Shown: positions 1 to 9,858, counted from the stretch's first letter. The stretch: 64,000 bases of DNA from an uncultured bacterium (GCA_964437725.1 CAYTIB010000114.1:2695-66694), one strand, 5' to 3'. Notes: generated by a model not told the origin, from the sequence alone. Made by a program: numbers and translations.

Positions 1-1658
1 CCATACTGAACAACTTCTCAATAGAAACGATGCGAGAAGGGGATGTCTTCTTGCACAATGATTCATACCTTTCGGAAGGGGGGATAGGCCACCTTCCGGA
101 TATTTGTAGCACCGTACCCATATTCTATGCGGGCCAGTTAGTGGCTTTCGCAGTGGTTTTTGGCCACCACGATGACATCGGTGGAATGGTTCCGGGAAGT
201 ATGCCTACCAGCGCAACGGAGATTTTTCAGGAAGGGATCATGATTCCCCCTATAAGGCTCTATGACGCGGGAGTTCTTAACAAAGCTGCCTATAGCATCC
301 TGTTTCGGAATTCGCGTCTGGAGGAACATCTTCGAGCAGACATTGATGCGGAGATTGGTGCTTGCCGGGCCGGGGCCGAACGGGTTGTTGAGCTTTTTAA
401 CCGTTATGGGAAGGAGGCGGTATTTGGCTGTTTTAACGCCCTACTCGATCGATGTGAGAAGGTTGTCTCACGAGAGTTGCTTTCAAAAATCCCTGACGGA
501 TCCTATGCCTGGGAAGATTTCGTAGAAAACGATGGTGTTACACCGGACCACGTTCACAAAATTCGTCTAACGGTCACCAAGGCGAAGGGTAGGCTTTTGC
601 TAGATTTTTCCGGCACAGATCCTCAGGCAAAGGGACCCATTAACTGGCCCGGAAATTACGCAGGGGGAAAATTTTTAAAAAAGTGGATTGGCCCAATACT
701 CCGAAATCTTGCTGATACACCTGAACGGGCAAACGAAATCGACATTAATGAAGGAGTGTGTCGGCTTATAGATGTCAAATTTCCTCCAGAAGGGTCATTG
801 ATCACCCCAAAATTTCCAGCTCCAACGAATATGATAATGTTCACCACCCTGCGTCTACTAGGCATTTTTTGTGCATGTTTAGCTAAAGCAGTCAAAGGTA
901 AGGTGCCGGCTGACCAGGAAACCATTCGGATTTGGGGACTGCATGGGATGGATAGCAGTGGAGAGCTGTTTATCTTTCGTGAGGTTCTGGGGGGTGGCTC
1001 AGGGGGGCGGCACTATGCAGATGGAGAGGATGTCATCCATATTGTCCCGAATTCACGAAATTTACCCGCCGAATTTTCTGAAACCCGCTATGCTGTCCGG
1101 GTCGATAGTCTTGGCTTATGCACTGACTCTGGTGGACCCGGAAAACGGCGAGGTGGCCTTGGGTACTTGAAAGAATTTATGGTTCTATGTGATGCGAGAG
1201 TTTTTTCCTTGGCAGATCGATCCAAGTTGGCGTGCTGGGGTGTGAACGGTGGAGAGGCAGGGGGAAATTACCAGATCATTCTTAACCCGGACACGAAAAA
1301 AGAATGCGTACTTCCCGCCTTATGTGACAATATTCGTGTTAAAAAAGGAGATCGAATTCGCGTTGTTACAACAGGTGGAGGAGGGTGGGGTGATCCCCTG
1401 GACCGGGAAATTGATAGGGTTCGGATGGATGTGGTCCAAGGAAAGGTGTCCCGAGAAGGAGCGGAGCGGGATTACGGTGTCGTAATTGGAAAGGGCGAGA
1501 GACACAGGGTTGATGTTGAGGCGACGGTCACTCTTCGTAAAAAGCTTAGGAAAAACCGAAAAAAGAAGTTAATAAATCGAGGTGAGTACTATGAAAAAGT
1601 TTTGGGGAAGAGGACGAACAATAATGTGTCTAAGAAAAAAGCTCTGATTGGACGTTAA
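1..1658 (+). CDS. Hydantoinase B/oxoprolinase family protein (HyuB-like), N-terminus cut by the window edge
   Basis: The frame is open from the window edge, with no stop in the codons upstream of the first Met at 30. Family hallmarks are EGDVFLHNDSY...GGIGHLPD near the start and TTGGGGWGDPLDR near the C-terminus. It ends in an unusual Lys/Arg-rich tail. Confidence 0.85.
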   Translation, partial: ILNNFSIETMREGDVFLHNDSYLSEGGIGHLPDICSTVPIFYAGQLVAFAVVFGHHDDIGGMVPGSMPTSATEIFQEGIMIPPIRLYDAGVLNKAAYSILFRNSRLEEHLRADIDAEIGACRAGAERVVELFNRYGKEAVFGCFNALLDRCEKVVSRELLSKIPDGSYAWEDFVENDGVTPDHVHKIRLTVTKAKGRLLLDFSGTDPQAKGPINWPGNYAGGKFLKKWIGPILRNLADTPERANEIDINEGVCRLIDVKFPPEGSLITPKFPAPTNMIMFTTLRLLGIFCACLAKAVKGKVPADQETIRIWGLHGMDSSGELFIFREVLGGGSGGRHYADGEDVIHIVPNSRNLPAEFSETRYAVRVDSLGLCTDSGGPGKRRGGLGYLKEFMVLCDARVFSLADRSKLACWGVNGGEAGGNYQIILNPDTKKECVLPALCDNIRVKKGDRIRVVTTGGGGWGDPLDREIDRVRMDVVQGKVSREGAERDYGVVIGKGERHRVDVEATVTLRKKLRKNRKKKLINRGEYYEKVLGKRTNNNVSKKKALIGR

Positions 1659-1828
1659 TTCCATTATGTGACTGTCGAAGTGTTTCCCTAAATGAACTTT
1701 TTCATTAGTTTCGTGTTTTCCTCTTTGAATTTTCAGGGCTAGATATTTACCTAGTCGTTACTCCCAATAGTCTCTGGAGTGGGTCAAACGAAATCGACCT
1801 GAATGTTCAGACAGAGTGGTGAACTGAA

Positions 1829-3157
1829 ATGGGTACAAAAGAGTTCCTTTCACTGATTTCGGAAGAGGCAGATAAGCGAAAGGATGAGGCCGTTCGGATG
1901 CGTCGAGATTTTCACCGCCATGCTGAACGCGGATGGCTAGAGTTTCGAACAAGTTCAATCCTTGCGTCTCGCTTGGAGTCCCTTGGGTATCAAGTTCAAA
2001 TTGGGTCACAAGTTATCGATAGTTGTTCGCAAATGGGTTTGCCTCCCAAGGAGGAAAGAGAAGAAGCGTTTCTCTGGGCTTTGGAACGGGGAGCAGAGGA
2101 AGAGTGGCTTTCGAAAATGCGAGGTGGGATTACCGGTGTAGTAGGAGTTTTAGAGAGTGACGAAGATGGTCCTACGGTTGCGATGAGATTTGATATCGAT
2201 GCCAATTCGAGTGAGGAGGCTCAGGACGAAAAACATTTACCCTTCCGAGATGGGTTTGCTTCTATCAATCCGGGTGTGATGCATAATTGTGGCCATGATG
2301 GACACGCTACAATCGGGATTTCTGTTGCTTCCCTCCTGGCAAGTAACAGAAATCTGTGGAGGGGTCGATTGAAGATTGTTTTCCAACCTGCTGAAGAGGG
2401 TGGACGTGGGGCTTTGCCTATGGTCGAAGCGGGCGTAGTCGATAACGTGGATTATTTTTTGGCTCCACATTTGGGAGTCCGTGCTAATCGGACAGGCAAA
2501 ATTGTGTGTGGCGCCAAAGGGTTTCAGGCAACAACAAAAATGGATGCCACGTTTCTCGGTCAAAGTGCCCACGCAGGACTCGAACCTGAATTAGGACGGA
2601 ATGCCTTGTCAGCGGCTGCAACGGCCCTGCTCCAACTTCAGGCTATACCGCGCAATAGTCAAGGTAATACGCGGGTTAATGTCGGGATGATGGAGGGGGG
2701 CTCCGGTCGGAACATTATTCCAGACAGGGCTTTGTTGAAGCTTGAGACTAGGGGTGAGACAGTATCACTTGATTCCTATATGGAAGGGCGTGCTCGTGAG
2801 ATTCTCGAGGCCAGTGCCGCTATGCATGGAGTAAGAGTGAATATCGAAAAAATGGGGCAGACTATCTCGGGAAGAAGTGATCCCGAGATGCAAAACCTTA
2901 TAGCCGAGGTAGCATCTGATATACCGGATTTTGACGATATCGTTCTGGAGGAAAACTTTGGAGCTGGGGATGATGCGGCTATCATGATGAATCGTGTTCA
3001 ACAGGATGGAGGGAAAGCTTCCTACATTGTTCTTGGGACGGAGTTACCTAGTGGTCACCATACCCCGTTTTTCGATTTCAACGAGGAGGTCTTAGTTTCC
3101 GGAACAAAACTTTTCTCTGCCGTAGTTTGCCGATTAACTCATGGTTTTGGCGAGTAG
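1829..3157 (+). CDS. M20D-family amidohydrolase (aminoacylase / hippurate-hydrolase-like)
   Basis: 442-aa ORF with M20 metal-binding motifs HNCGHDGH and FQPAEEGGRGA. It lies immediately downstream of the hyuB-like gene on the same strand. Confidence 0.8.
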   Translation: MGTKEFLSLISEEADKRKDEAVRMRRDFHRHAERGWLEFRTSSILASRLESLGYQVQIGSQVIDSCSQMGLPPKEEREEAFLWALERGAEEEWLSKMRGGITGVVGVLESDEDGPTVAMRFDIDANSSEEAQDEKHLPFRDGFASINPGVMHNCGHDGHATIGISVASLLASNRNLWRGRLKIVFQPAEEGGRGALPMVEAGVVDNVDYFLAPHLGVRANRTGKIVCGAKGFQATTKMDATFLGQSAHAGLEPELGRNALSAAATALLQLQAIPRNSQGNTRVNVGMMEGGSGRNIIPDRALLKLETRGETVSLDSYMEGRAREILEASAAMHGVRVNIEKMGQTISGRSDPEMQNLIAEVASDIPDFDDIVLEENFGAGDDAAIMMNRVQQDGGKASYIVLGTELPSGHHTPFFDFNEEVLVSGTKLFSAVVCRLTHGFGE

Positions 3158-3239
3158 TGCGCCATGAAACGTAGAAGGGATAACTCCTGTTTTAGGATTT
3201 CTCCCTCTCATTGGCCGGGGGCCTTCGTTTTGTGACTCC

Positions 3240-3277
3240 AAAAAAAGAAGGGGCTAGGCTCTTGTTGGCCTAACCCC
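3240..3277 (-). terminator. Rho-independent terminator downstream of tRNA-Asn
   Basis: On the minus strand a 10-bp stem (3268-3277 pairing with 3250-3259, one mismatch) and an 8-nt loop are followed by TTC plus a T7 run (complement of the A-run at 3240-3246). Confidence 0.7.
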
Positions 3278-3289
3278 CTCCCTGAAATT

Positions 3290-3365
3290 TGGCTCCCCGG
3301 GCCGGACTCGAACCAGCGACATGGTGGTTAACAGCCACCCGCTCTGCCAACTGAGCTACCGGGGA
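3290..3365 (-). tRNA. tRNA-Asn: tRNA-Asn (anticodon GTT), CCA encoded
   Basis: The reverse complement folds as a canonical 76-nt cloverleaf. Acceptor TCCCCGG/CCGGGGA, D-arm GCTC-AGTTGGCA-GAGC, anticodon arm GGTGG-CTGTTAA-CCACC (anticodon GTT), T-arm GCTGG-TTCGAGT-CCGGC, discriminator G, terminal CCA. Confidence 0.95.
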
Positions 3366-3503
3366 AAAATATTTCACAGATTCATTTTGATTCACGGCAA
3401 AAAAAGTGCCACCGAACGGGTTCTGGAGAATATGGCGTCTTCCCCAATCAAAGTCAAGGTAGCGAGCATCTCAAGCATACTGCTTCCCATGGCGAATATT
3501 AGG

Positions 3504-4532
3504 TTAGCTGCTATTCGATGGTAGATTGTTTCCTGTCGATTCTCGAATAATTTTCTGGACTGGATCCAAAACACGCGGAATGGCTTCCTCTAGTGGTCCA
3601 GGCACTCGGATGCCTGCAGCAAAGGGGTGTCCACCTCCACCAAGACCCATGGCGACTTCATTCACTCGTACCAGCCCCTTTGACCGCATGCTGACCCGGA
3701 TGATGTCGGAATCTAGTTCGATGAATAATATGCTCACCTGGACTCCATTAAGCATTCGCGGAAAATCTACGAAATCTTCTGTGTCCTGAGGTTTGGCACC
3801 TGCCTTCTTAAGTAATTCCTGAGTTACGACAATCCAACCAACCAGTCCATCCGAGGAAACTTTTAATTCGCTCAGGGTAAGTCCGAGTAGGTGTAGTCGA
3901 GCCGGATGTGTTGATTCGTAGATATTCGAGTACATGACATTTGGCTGAACGCCCACGCTTAATAGTTCTCCCGCGATTTGATGAGTCCTGACATTCGTGT
4001 TATTAAATCGAAATGAACCTGTGTCGGTCATTATCGCAGAGTAGATGGATTCGGCTACAGGCAAGGAAAGTGTGTGGCCGCAGGATTTGACAAGATCGAA
4101 GATAATCTCACCGGTTGCACAAGCACTATCGTTGATGATCTGTGGGTGGCCGAAGGGACCCTCGCTCGGATGATGATCGATGCAAAGGACGGGGAGCCCT
4201 GATTTTCGGGCTGCCTCGGTCATGGGTCCCATTCGTTCCCACTTGCCAAAGTCCAAAGCAATGATCAAGTCTACGTCCTGAGGGAAGGGATGATCAGGCC
4301 GAAACTCCTGGATGATTTCCTCGGTATCCAAGAACTTACAAAAAAAGGGCGTAGGTGAGCAGTTCATCACGGACGCTCTTCGCCCTTGCTCCCTGAGAAA
4401 CCCGTAAAGAGCCATTTCTGACCCAATCCCGTCGCAATCAGGGTTTACATGGGTTGTGATCAAGGGGTGCCTGTATTGGGCCAGTGTATCGCGAATAAGT
4501 ATGAGCTCGTCTTCGGACGTTCCTGAATTCAC
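3504..4532 (-). CDS. nrnA: DHH-family phosphoesterase, NrnA-like (oligoribonuclease / pAp phosphatase)
   Basis: 342 aa with DHH-family motifs HVNPDCDGIGS, IALDFG, CIDHH and the C-terminal DHHA1 motif GGGGHPFAAG. Confidence 0.8.
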   Translation of the reverse strand: MNSGTSEDELILIRDTLAQYRHPLITTHVNPDCDGIGSEMALYGFLREQGRRASVMNCSPTPFFCKFLDTEEIIQEFRPDHPFPQDVDLIIALDFGKWERMGPMTEAARKSGLPVLCIDHHPSEGPFGHPQIINDSACATGEIIFDLVKSCGHTLSLPVAESIYSAIMTDTGSFRFNNTNVRTHQIAGELLSVGVQPNVMYSNIYESTHPARLHLLGLTLSELKVSSDGLVGWIVVTQELLKKAGAKPQDTEDFVDFPRMLNGVQVSILFIELDSDIIRVSMRSKGLVRVNEVAMGLGGGGHPFAAGIRVPGPLEEAIPRVLDPVQKIIRESTGNNLPSNSS

Positions 4533-4533
4533 T

Positions 4534-5727
4534 TTATTGGCCAGGCTCTATTTCGGGTAGGTGATCTAATTGGGTCAGGACTCTTTCACGAATTTCCGCG
4601 GCTGAAAACAATTGACGTACAACTCGACCGTTCTCAATCAACTGGGTCAGAAGATCTACACGGCTTTCTCCCATTTTCTCGTGAGCTTCTTTTAAGGAAA
4701 TAATTTCATCCTTGAGTGTTTCTGGGTTTCGGAGAACCGTTTTCGCTCCTGAGCATTTGCCGCGTTTGGCGATCGGTTTATCATCGATTTCAACAATATC
4801 CATGGAAAAATCTACAACTGCCGCGCTACTAATACTTGTTCCCACACCGAAACCGTCAACGTAAGGGCGAAGATCGGATATCGCTGCTTCGTCAAGTCCA
4901 CCACTTACAAAAATTTGGATATCCTGGTGACCGCGAAGATCAAGCTCCCAACGGACTTCTTGAAGAATTTGGATGAAGTCGCCTCGGCGAGAGGACGGGG
5001 TATCCAGGCGAACAGCGGCTAAACGGTCTCCCAAAGCTTCTGCAACCCGAACAGCTTCAAATTTTTCATCGGCAAAGGTGTCAATAAGTGCGACGCGCTT
5101 TGCTTCAGGTTCAATGATCTCGTCGAATGCGTTCATAGCAGTGACCGTATCCCCCATTAGTAGCGTGAGAGTATGAGGGATAGTTCCGGAAGCTTGTAAG
5201 CCAATAATCTCACTACTCTTGACTGCTGCAACCCCGTCGCATCCGCCTATGTAGGCATTTCTCTCAACCATCGGAGAGATTGTTGGGTGAATTCGACGGG
5301 CACCAAACATGATCAAGGGAACTTGTATTGCGAGAATCCGACAACGTGCTCCCTTCGTAGCAATACCAGTTGCCTGACAAAGGTATCCTAAAATAGCTGT
5401 TTCGTAGATTCCAAAATCGGCATAGTCCCCTTCTATTTCCAACACGGGTTGAAATGGCCGGAAAATAGTTCCTTCTTCCATGCAGCGGACATTCACGGGA
5501 AGATTCCGGAACAAATCAACAGTTTCTTCCACTCCAGCCAAAACTGCCCATGGCCATCCGTTGGGGAAGGACTTTACAGCAAATTCGGCGCGGACCCGCT
5601 TTTCAATACCTTTGGCTTGTAGAATTTCAAGGGTTCGCTGGAAATAGATATCGGAAACTTGCCCTTCTTTGATTTCTTCATGGGTGGCCGTTTGGCGGAC
5701 GAGTTTGTCTGGATCAATGGGTGACAT
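4534..5727 (-). CDS. pncB: Nicotinate phosphoribosyltransferase (archaeal/short type)
   Basis: 397 aa alignable by eye to the type II phosphoribosyltransferase (NAPRTase/QPRTase) family (…YFQRT..IL…, RLDTPSSRRG, FVSGGLDE). Its stop is 1 nt before the nrnA-like start, which suggests an operon. Confidence 0.7.
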   Translation of the reverse strand: MSPIDPDKLVRQTATHEEIKEGQVSDIYFQRTLEILQAKGIEKRVRAEFAVKSFPNGWPWAVLAGVEETVDLFRNLPVNVRCMEEGTIFRPFQPVLEIEGDYADFGIYETAILGYLCQATGIATKGARCRILAIQVPLIMFGARRIHPTISPMVERNAYIGGCDGVAAVKSSEIIGLQASGTIPHTLTLLMGDTVTAMNAFDEIIEPEAKRVALIDTFADEKFEAVRVAEALGDRLAAVRLDTPSSRRGDFIQILQEVRWELDLRGHQDIQIFVSGGLDEAAISDLRPYVDGFGVGTSISSAAVVDFSMDIVEIDDKPIAKRGKCSGAKTVLRNPETLKDEIISLKEAHEKMGESRVDLLTQLIENGRVVRQLFSAAEIRERVLTQLDHLPEIEPGQ

Positions 5728-5767
5728 GATTTAAGGCTCGAATGGAGTCAAAGAAGTGGCAAGGAAA

Positions 5768-6226
5768 TCAGTTTTTATACTCTACGGGTTGCCACTCCAG
5801 GACCTCAAGAAGCTGCTCCATGTTCAGAGTCTGCTCCCGTCGGTTGTCGGTTGCCATCTCATAATGAGGAGAGTGGATTATGGACTTTGGGTCCGTAGGG
5901 CAGGCCTCTACGCAAAGCCCGCACCACATGCAACGAGTGAAATCGATAAGAAACTCCTTGGCACGTCGTTCTTTTCCCTGGCCGATTGGCTGAATGGTGA
6001 TACAGTCTGTGGGGCAAGCAATTTCGCACAATAGACAACCAATGCAATAAGCCTCTCCCTCGTCGTCCTTGGTGAGGGCGAGAACCCCGCGGGAGCGTTC
6101 AGGAAGCACGGGTCGCTCCACGGGATATTGAAGTGTGATGGGTTTTTTGAACAGATGTTTTAATGTGGTAGCTAGTCCTTTTCTGATGTCTCCCAGAAAC
6201 AGACTACTCAGGACTTTACTCAGCAT
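5768..6226 (-). CDS. NuoI-like 2x[4Fe-4S] ferredoxin (NADH-quinone oxidoreductase subunit I family)
   Basis: 152 aa with two CxxCxxCxxxCP motifs (CIGCLLCEIACP, CMWCGLCVEACP) and the NuoI-type N-terminus (…KKPITLQYPVERP…PERSRG). No other nuo genes are adjacent. Confidence 0.7.
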   Translation of the reverse strand: MLSKVLSSLFLGDIRKGLATTLKHLFKKPITLQYPVERPVLPERSRGVLALTKDDEGEAYCIGCLLCEIACPTDCITIQPIGQGKERRAKEFLIDFTRCMWCGLCVEACPTDPKSIIHSPHYEMATDNRREQTLNMEQLLEVLEWQPVEYKN

Positions 6227-6307
6227 GGAGTTTCTTCTCCCTCACCCAATCGGTCAAAATCTTGATCTTAAACTGTTCCTTCAAAGTATCCTAATTTCTC
6301 TGAGCTA

Positions 6308-7255
6308 TTAGGAGCTTATTGCGACGGTCTTTGCGTCGTGAAGAGATTCAATGTATTTCTCAGCTGCAACGGCAGCTGTGGTTGCATCCCCTACGGCTGT
6401 GGTTAACTGGCGGGCCACTTGAGTCCGAACGTCCCCAATGGCAAAGATCCCCGAAATATTAGTCATCATTGTCTCATCGGTTAGGTAGTAGCCGTTTTCA
6501 TCTTTTTCCAGATGGTCACGAACCAACCCGCTGTTAGGAGTAAACCCAATGAACACGAAAACACCACCTAGCTCCAACTCGCTCGATTCTCCAGTTTTGA
6601 CATTTTTGAGGCGAATGGACTTTACTTCCTTGTCGTCGCCAACGATTTCCTCAGCGACTGTATCCCATATAAATTCAATCTTTTCTTCTTTAAAGGCCCG
6701 TTCTTGAATGATTTTCTGGGCACGGAGTCGGTCTCGCCGGTGTACAATCAACACCTTGCTTCCGTACTTTGTAAGGAAAAGACCCTCCTCGACAGCGGCA
6801 TCGCCGCCGCCTACGACAGCAATAACCTGATCCTGGAAGAAAGCGCCATCGCAAATCGCGCAATAAGAAACCCCTTTTCCCCAGTATTCTTTTTCCCCGG
6901 GGATCTCCAGGTAAACGGGACTCCCACCGGCGGAAAGGATAACGACCTTCGATCTGTATTCATTCTCGTTTGTGCGTGTTACCCGATCCTCTCCATCGCA
7001 GTATACTTCTTCGACCTCCTCCATGCGAATTTCGGCGCCAAACTTCTTGCAATGATCTTCCATTTTTTGGGCCAGCTCTGGCCCCATGATATGTTCAAAC
7101 CCAGGATAATCTTCTACATCGCCTGTGTTAACAATTTGTCCTCCCGGGATTCCTTTCTCCAGGACAACAGTTTTCAGCTTGGCCCTGCCAGAATAAAGAC
7201 CCGCGCAACGCCCTGCCGGCCCTCCACCGACAACGACAATATCGACATTCTCCAT
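6308..7255 (-). CDS. trxB: Thioredoxin-disulfide reductase
   Basis: Motifs are GGGPAG (FAD), redox CAICDG, GGGDAAVEE plus HRRDRLRA (NADPH) and GDV near the C-terminus. ATG 7255 fits the family N-terminus. The ORF stays open to a GTG at 7312 that is preceded by AAGGGGGGG, so the start is ambiguous. Confidence 0.9.
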   Translation of the reverse strand: MENVDIVVVGGGPAGRCAGLYSGRAKLKTVVLEKGIPGGQIVNTGDVEDYPGFEHIMGPELAQKMEDHCKKFGAEIRMEEVEEVYCDGEDRVTRTNENEYRSKVVILSAGGSPVYLEIPGEKEYWGKGVSYCAICDGAFFQDQVIAVVGGGDAAVEEGLFLTKYGSKVLIVHRRDRLRAQKIIQERAFKEEKIEFIWDTVAEEIVGDDKEVKSIRLKNVKTGESSELELGGVFVFIGFTPNSGLVRDHLEKDENGYYLTDETMMTNISGIFAIGDVRTQVARQLTTAVGDATTAAVAAEKYIESLHDAKTVAISS

Positions 7256-7488
7256 CTTAGTTCCTAATGTGAGTCCTAAGGATATTAAACCTAGGAGCGG
7301 TCTGGAGGGCACCTTGTCCCCCCTTAGATACTACCAAATTCGAATATCGGAGCGGATAGCAGGATCTTCGTCTCTATGTTGAACGTTGAAGTAGAACTGA
7401 ATCCTGGAACTCCGAATTTCGTTAAATGATATGGGGGCTCAGAAGGTCTGTCAACGGGCGGTCCGGATGTCACCCTGACCTCCTGAGA

Positions 7489-8322
7489 TCAAAGCTTCCG
7501 GTATGTCTTTTGTAAGATGAGAGCATCTTCCTCGAGAATTGGACTTTCGCAAATCAGTAATCCGCCGGCTCCGAAATCACTTAAGGCTTTTAGGACCCCA
7601 TTGTAATTGAAGTTCGTTTCTTTAAGAATAACGTGATTTTTCTCACCTTTTGGACCATATTCGATACCTGAAATATGGATATGAAGATCCTTTAGGGCTG
7701 CTTTCCCAAGCGTAGCGTGAACCGATTCTAAAATATTGCAAAATTCATCGTAAGAATTTAATTCACCGGTGCCCCGGGCGTAGATATGAGAAAAATCGAT
7801 GCAGGGTTTTACACCTTTAACATCTTTTGCAAGTTTTAGGGTTTCTTCCAACGAACCAAACTGCGAACCTTTTCCTGTTGTTTCGGGGTCGAGGGAGACA
7901 CTAACCTTTTCTTTTCTCAGTTGGGCAGTTAGATCCTTTAAGTGTTTTCGAACCTTTGGGTAAACCTCTTTAGACGTTGCCCCCATGTAGAAAGCAGGGT
8001 GGAAGGCGACTCCCGTTGCCTGGAAACAATTTCCTATCCGAGCGGAGTTTAATATTCGTTCACGGCTAGCTTCAATTTTTTCGGGCTCCTTGGAATTCAA
8101 GTTGATCCAGTAGGGGCCATGAACGGAAAGAGCGACGTCGTTTTCCTTTGCAACCTTTCCAATCTCGAGAGCCGTAGCTTCTTTCATTCGAACACCCTGA
8201 ACAAATTCTACTTCCATACAATCCAGGCCCAACTCACGAATGCGTCGGACTCCATCGATTGTTCCCTTTCTCCCTCCAGAGCTTGATGGAACGCCGGCAG
8301 TACCGAATCGAAGTTCGCTCAT
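7489..8322 (-). CDS. nfo: Endonuclease IV family AP endonuclease (TIM-barrel, archaeal/Thermotoga-like type)
   Basis: 277 aa. The metal-ligand pattern parallels E. coli Nfo: HGPY, FHPA, LDPETTG (like IENTAG), CIDFSH (like CIDTCH), HIHISG, ICESP. Confidence 0.75.
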   Translation of the reverse strand: MSELRFGTAGVPSSSGGRKGTIDGVRRIRELGLDCMEVEFVQGVRMKEATALEIGKVAKENDVALSVHGPYWINLNSKEPEKIEASRERILNSARIGNCFQATGVAFHPAFYMGATSKEVYPKVRKHLKDLTAQLRKEKVSVSLDPETTGKGSQFGSLEETLKLAKDVKGVKPCIDFSHIYARGTGELNSYDEFCNILESVHATLGKAALKDLHIHISGIEYGPKGEKNHVILKETNFNYNGVLKALSDFGAGGLLICESPILEEDALILQKTYRKL

Positions 8323-8466
8323 AACGCCCTTTCATCATCATGTGCTGGGATAGTGTTGGTATTACAAAGGAAAATATACTCACGAAATTTTTCTTTTGCC
8401 AATCGTTTTGTGTCAGGTGTTAGATGTTTGTCTGGATTTGACGGAACCCTCCGAACCTTTGCTAAT

Positions 8467-9066
8467 TTAGCCTCCGGAGCGAATCCAGAGATTAAGGCGT
8501 TGCCAAAGAACACCTTTGCCTGACCCTTTGTCTGAGGAAAACAAAATTGGTTCATCCACCCTAAGTAATAATTCTTTCCTTACCTGCACCGCAGCGGTGG
8601 CCTGTTTTGATTTTGACAACTTGTCGGCTTTGGTTAAAACAACCAAGGTATCGATTCGTTTTGAGGTTAGCCAATTGAGCAAGCCTAGGTCCATTTCCAT
8701 CACACCTCGCCGAATATCCATAATTACGACAACACCTCGCAATTCTCGACGCTGTTCCAGGTATGTGTCGATCATGTTTTTCCAAGACACCCGAACTTGA
8801 TGGGGTACCTTAGCGTACCCGTAACCTGGCAAGTCAACGAACCGAAACTCTGAATTTCCTGACTGAATCCGAAAAAAGTTTAAGGTTCTTGTTTTACCTG
8901 GTGTGCCACTTGTTTTGACCAAGCCTTTCCTTCCCAGAAGGGTATTCATCATCGAGGATTTACCGACATTGGAACGACCTGCGAAGGCAACCTCTGGAAG
9001 TGAACCTCTGGGATAGTCTTTGAAATGGACTACTGATTTCTCGAACTCTGCTCTAGATATTTTCAA
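8467..9066 (-). CDS. engB: Ribosome-biogenesis GTPase EngB/YsxC/YihA
   Basis: 199 aa with G1 GRSNVGKSS, G3 DLPGYG and G4 TKADK. The layout is typical of EngB. Confidence 0.9.
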   Translation of the reverse strand: MKISRAEFEKSVVHFKDYPRGSLPEVAFAGRSNVGKSSMMNTLLGRKGLVKTSGTPGKTRTLNFFRIQSGNSEFRFVDLPGYGYAKVPHQVRVSWKNMIDTYLEQRRELRGVVVIMDIRRGVMEMDLGLLNWLTSKRIDTLVVLTKADKLSKSKQATAAVQVRKELLLRVDEPILFSSDKGSGKGVLWQRLNLWIRSGG

Positions 9067-9075
9067 TAGTGTTCC

Positions 9076-9858
9076 CTAAATCGACGCCTGCCGCTCGGAA
9101 AGAACAGCTTTGGCCAGTTGCGGTAAGATTTCCCCTGCTCGTCCTTTCAGAATAACATCAGCTTGTGCATCTAATGGGGTTTCTTCCTGGTTTAAAATGA
9201 TCAGGCGTGACCCACGAGATTTTGCCCTAGATGGTAAATTTGCAACGGGTTGGACAACGAGAGATGTCCCTACCACGAGGAAGACATCGGCGTTGTTCGC
9301 CCACTGGGTAGCCGGCTTCATAAGATTTGGCGGGATTCCTTCGCCGAAAAAAACAACATCCGTTTTTTGAATCCCACCACAATTCTGACAATAGGGGGGT
9401 AGCTCACCCCTAGCCACTCGTTCATTGACCGAATCTCTGCTTTCTCTATTGATACAATCAAGACATTTTACCCAGTGCGAGTTTCCGTGGATTTCAATAA
9501 GATCGCATTTTGGATAGCCTGCTTTTTGGTGCATGCCGTCAGTGTTCTGCGTAATGAGTTGGCGAATGGCTCCGCCTCTATGCAATTCCGCAAAAGCCTG
9601 CTGCCCTGCGTGAGGAAGCGCTTCCTTGTAACGTTTGTACATTTGAGGAGTTGTTTTCCAGTAGCGAATGCGCGACTCGATGTCATTCACATAGTATCGA
9701 TATGTAAAATCCTTTTGGTCCATGTGCGCCCAAATTCCTCCGGGCGATCGAAAATCGGGGATTCCGGATTCCGTGCTCAGGCCCGCACCAGTCATGGCTA
9801 CAGCGGATCGGCTTTCCGCCAATATCTTTGTAGCTTTTTGTAGTAACTTTGTTTTCAT
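9076..9858 (-). CDS. cobB: NAD-dependent protein deacylase, Sir2 family
   Basis: 260 aa with GAGLSTESGIPDFR, TQNTDGMH, catalytic HG, and Zn-ribbon cysteines (CLDC…CQNCGG). Confidence 0.9.
   Translation of the reverse strand: MKTKLLQKATKILAESRSAVAMTGAGLSTESGIPDFRSPGGIWAHMDQKDFTYRYYVNDIESRIRYWKTTPQMYKRYKEALPHAGQQAFAELHRGGAIRQLITQNTDGMHQKAGYPKCDLIEIHGNSHWVKCLDCINRESRDSVNERVARGELPPYCQNCGGIQKTDVVFFGEGIPPNLMKPATQWANNADVFLVVGTSLVVQPVANLPSRAKSRGSRLIILNQEETPLDAQADVILKGRAGEILPQLAKAVLSERQASI

Noticed and set aside
2570-2600. GGACTCGAACC string resembling the complement of a tRNA T-arm.
   Set aside because: It lies inside the well-supported M20D coding frame. No acceptor, D or anticodon arms can be built around it.
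6704-7267. 187-aa ORF antisense to trxB. Similar cases are 18913-19587 antisense to the Mo-hydroxylase, 54498-54968 antisense to selB, 55356-55934 antisense to selA and 16725-17321 antisense to the deaminases.
   Set aside because: All are embedded opposite genes with clear family motifs, and none has recognisable domains.
8319-8555. 78-aa ORF bridging the engB 3' end and the nfo start.
   Set aside because: It overlaps engB in another frame, no family is recognised, and the 145-nt gap is more simply intergenic.
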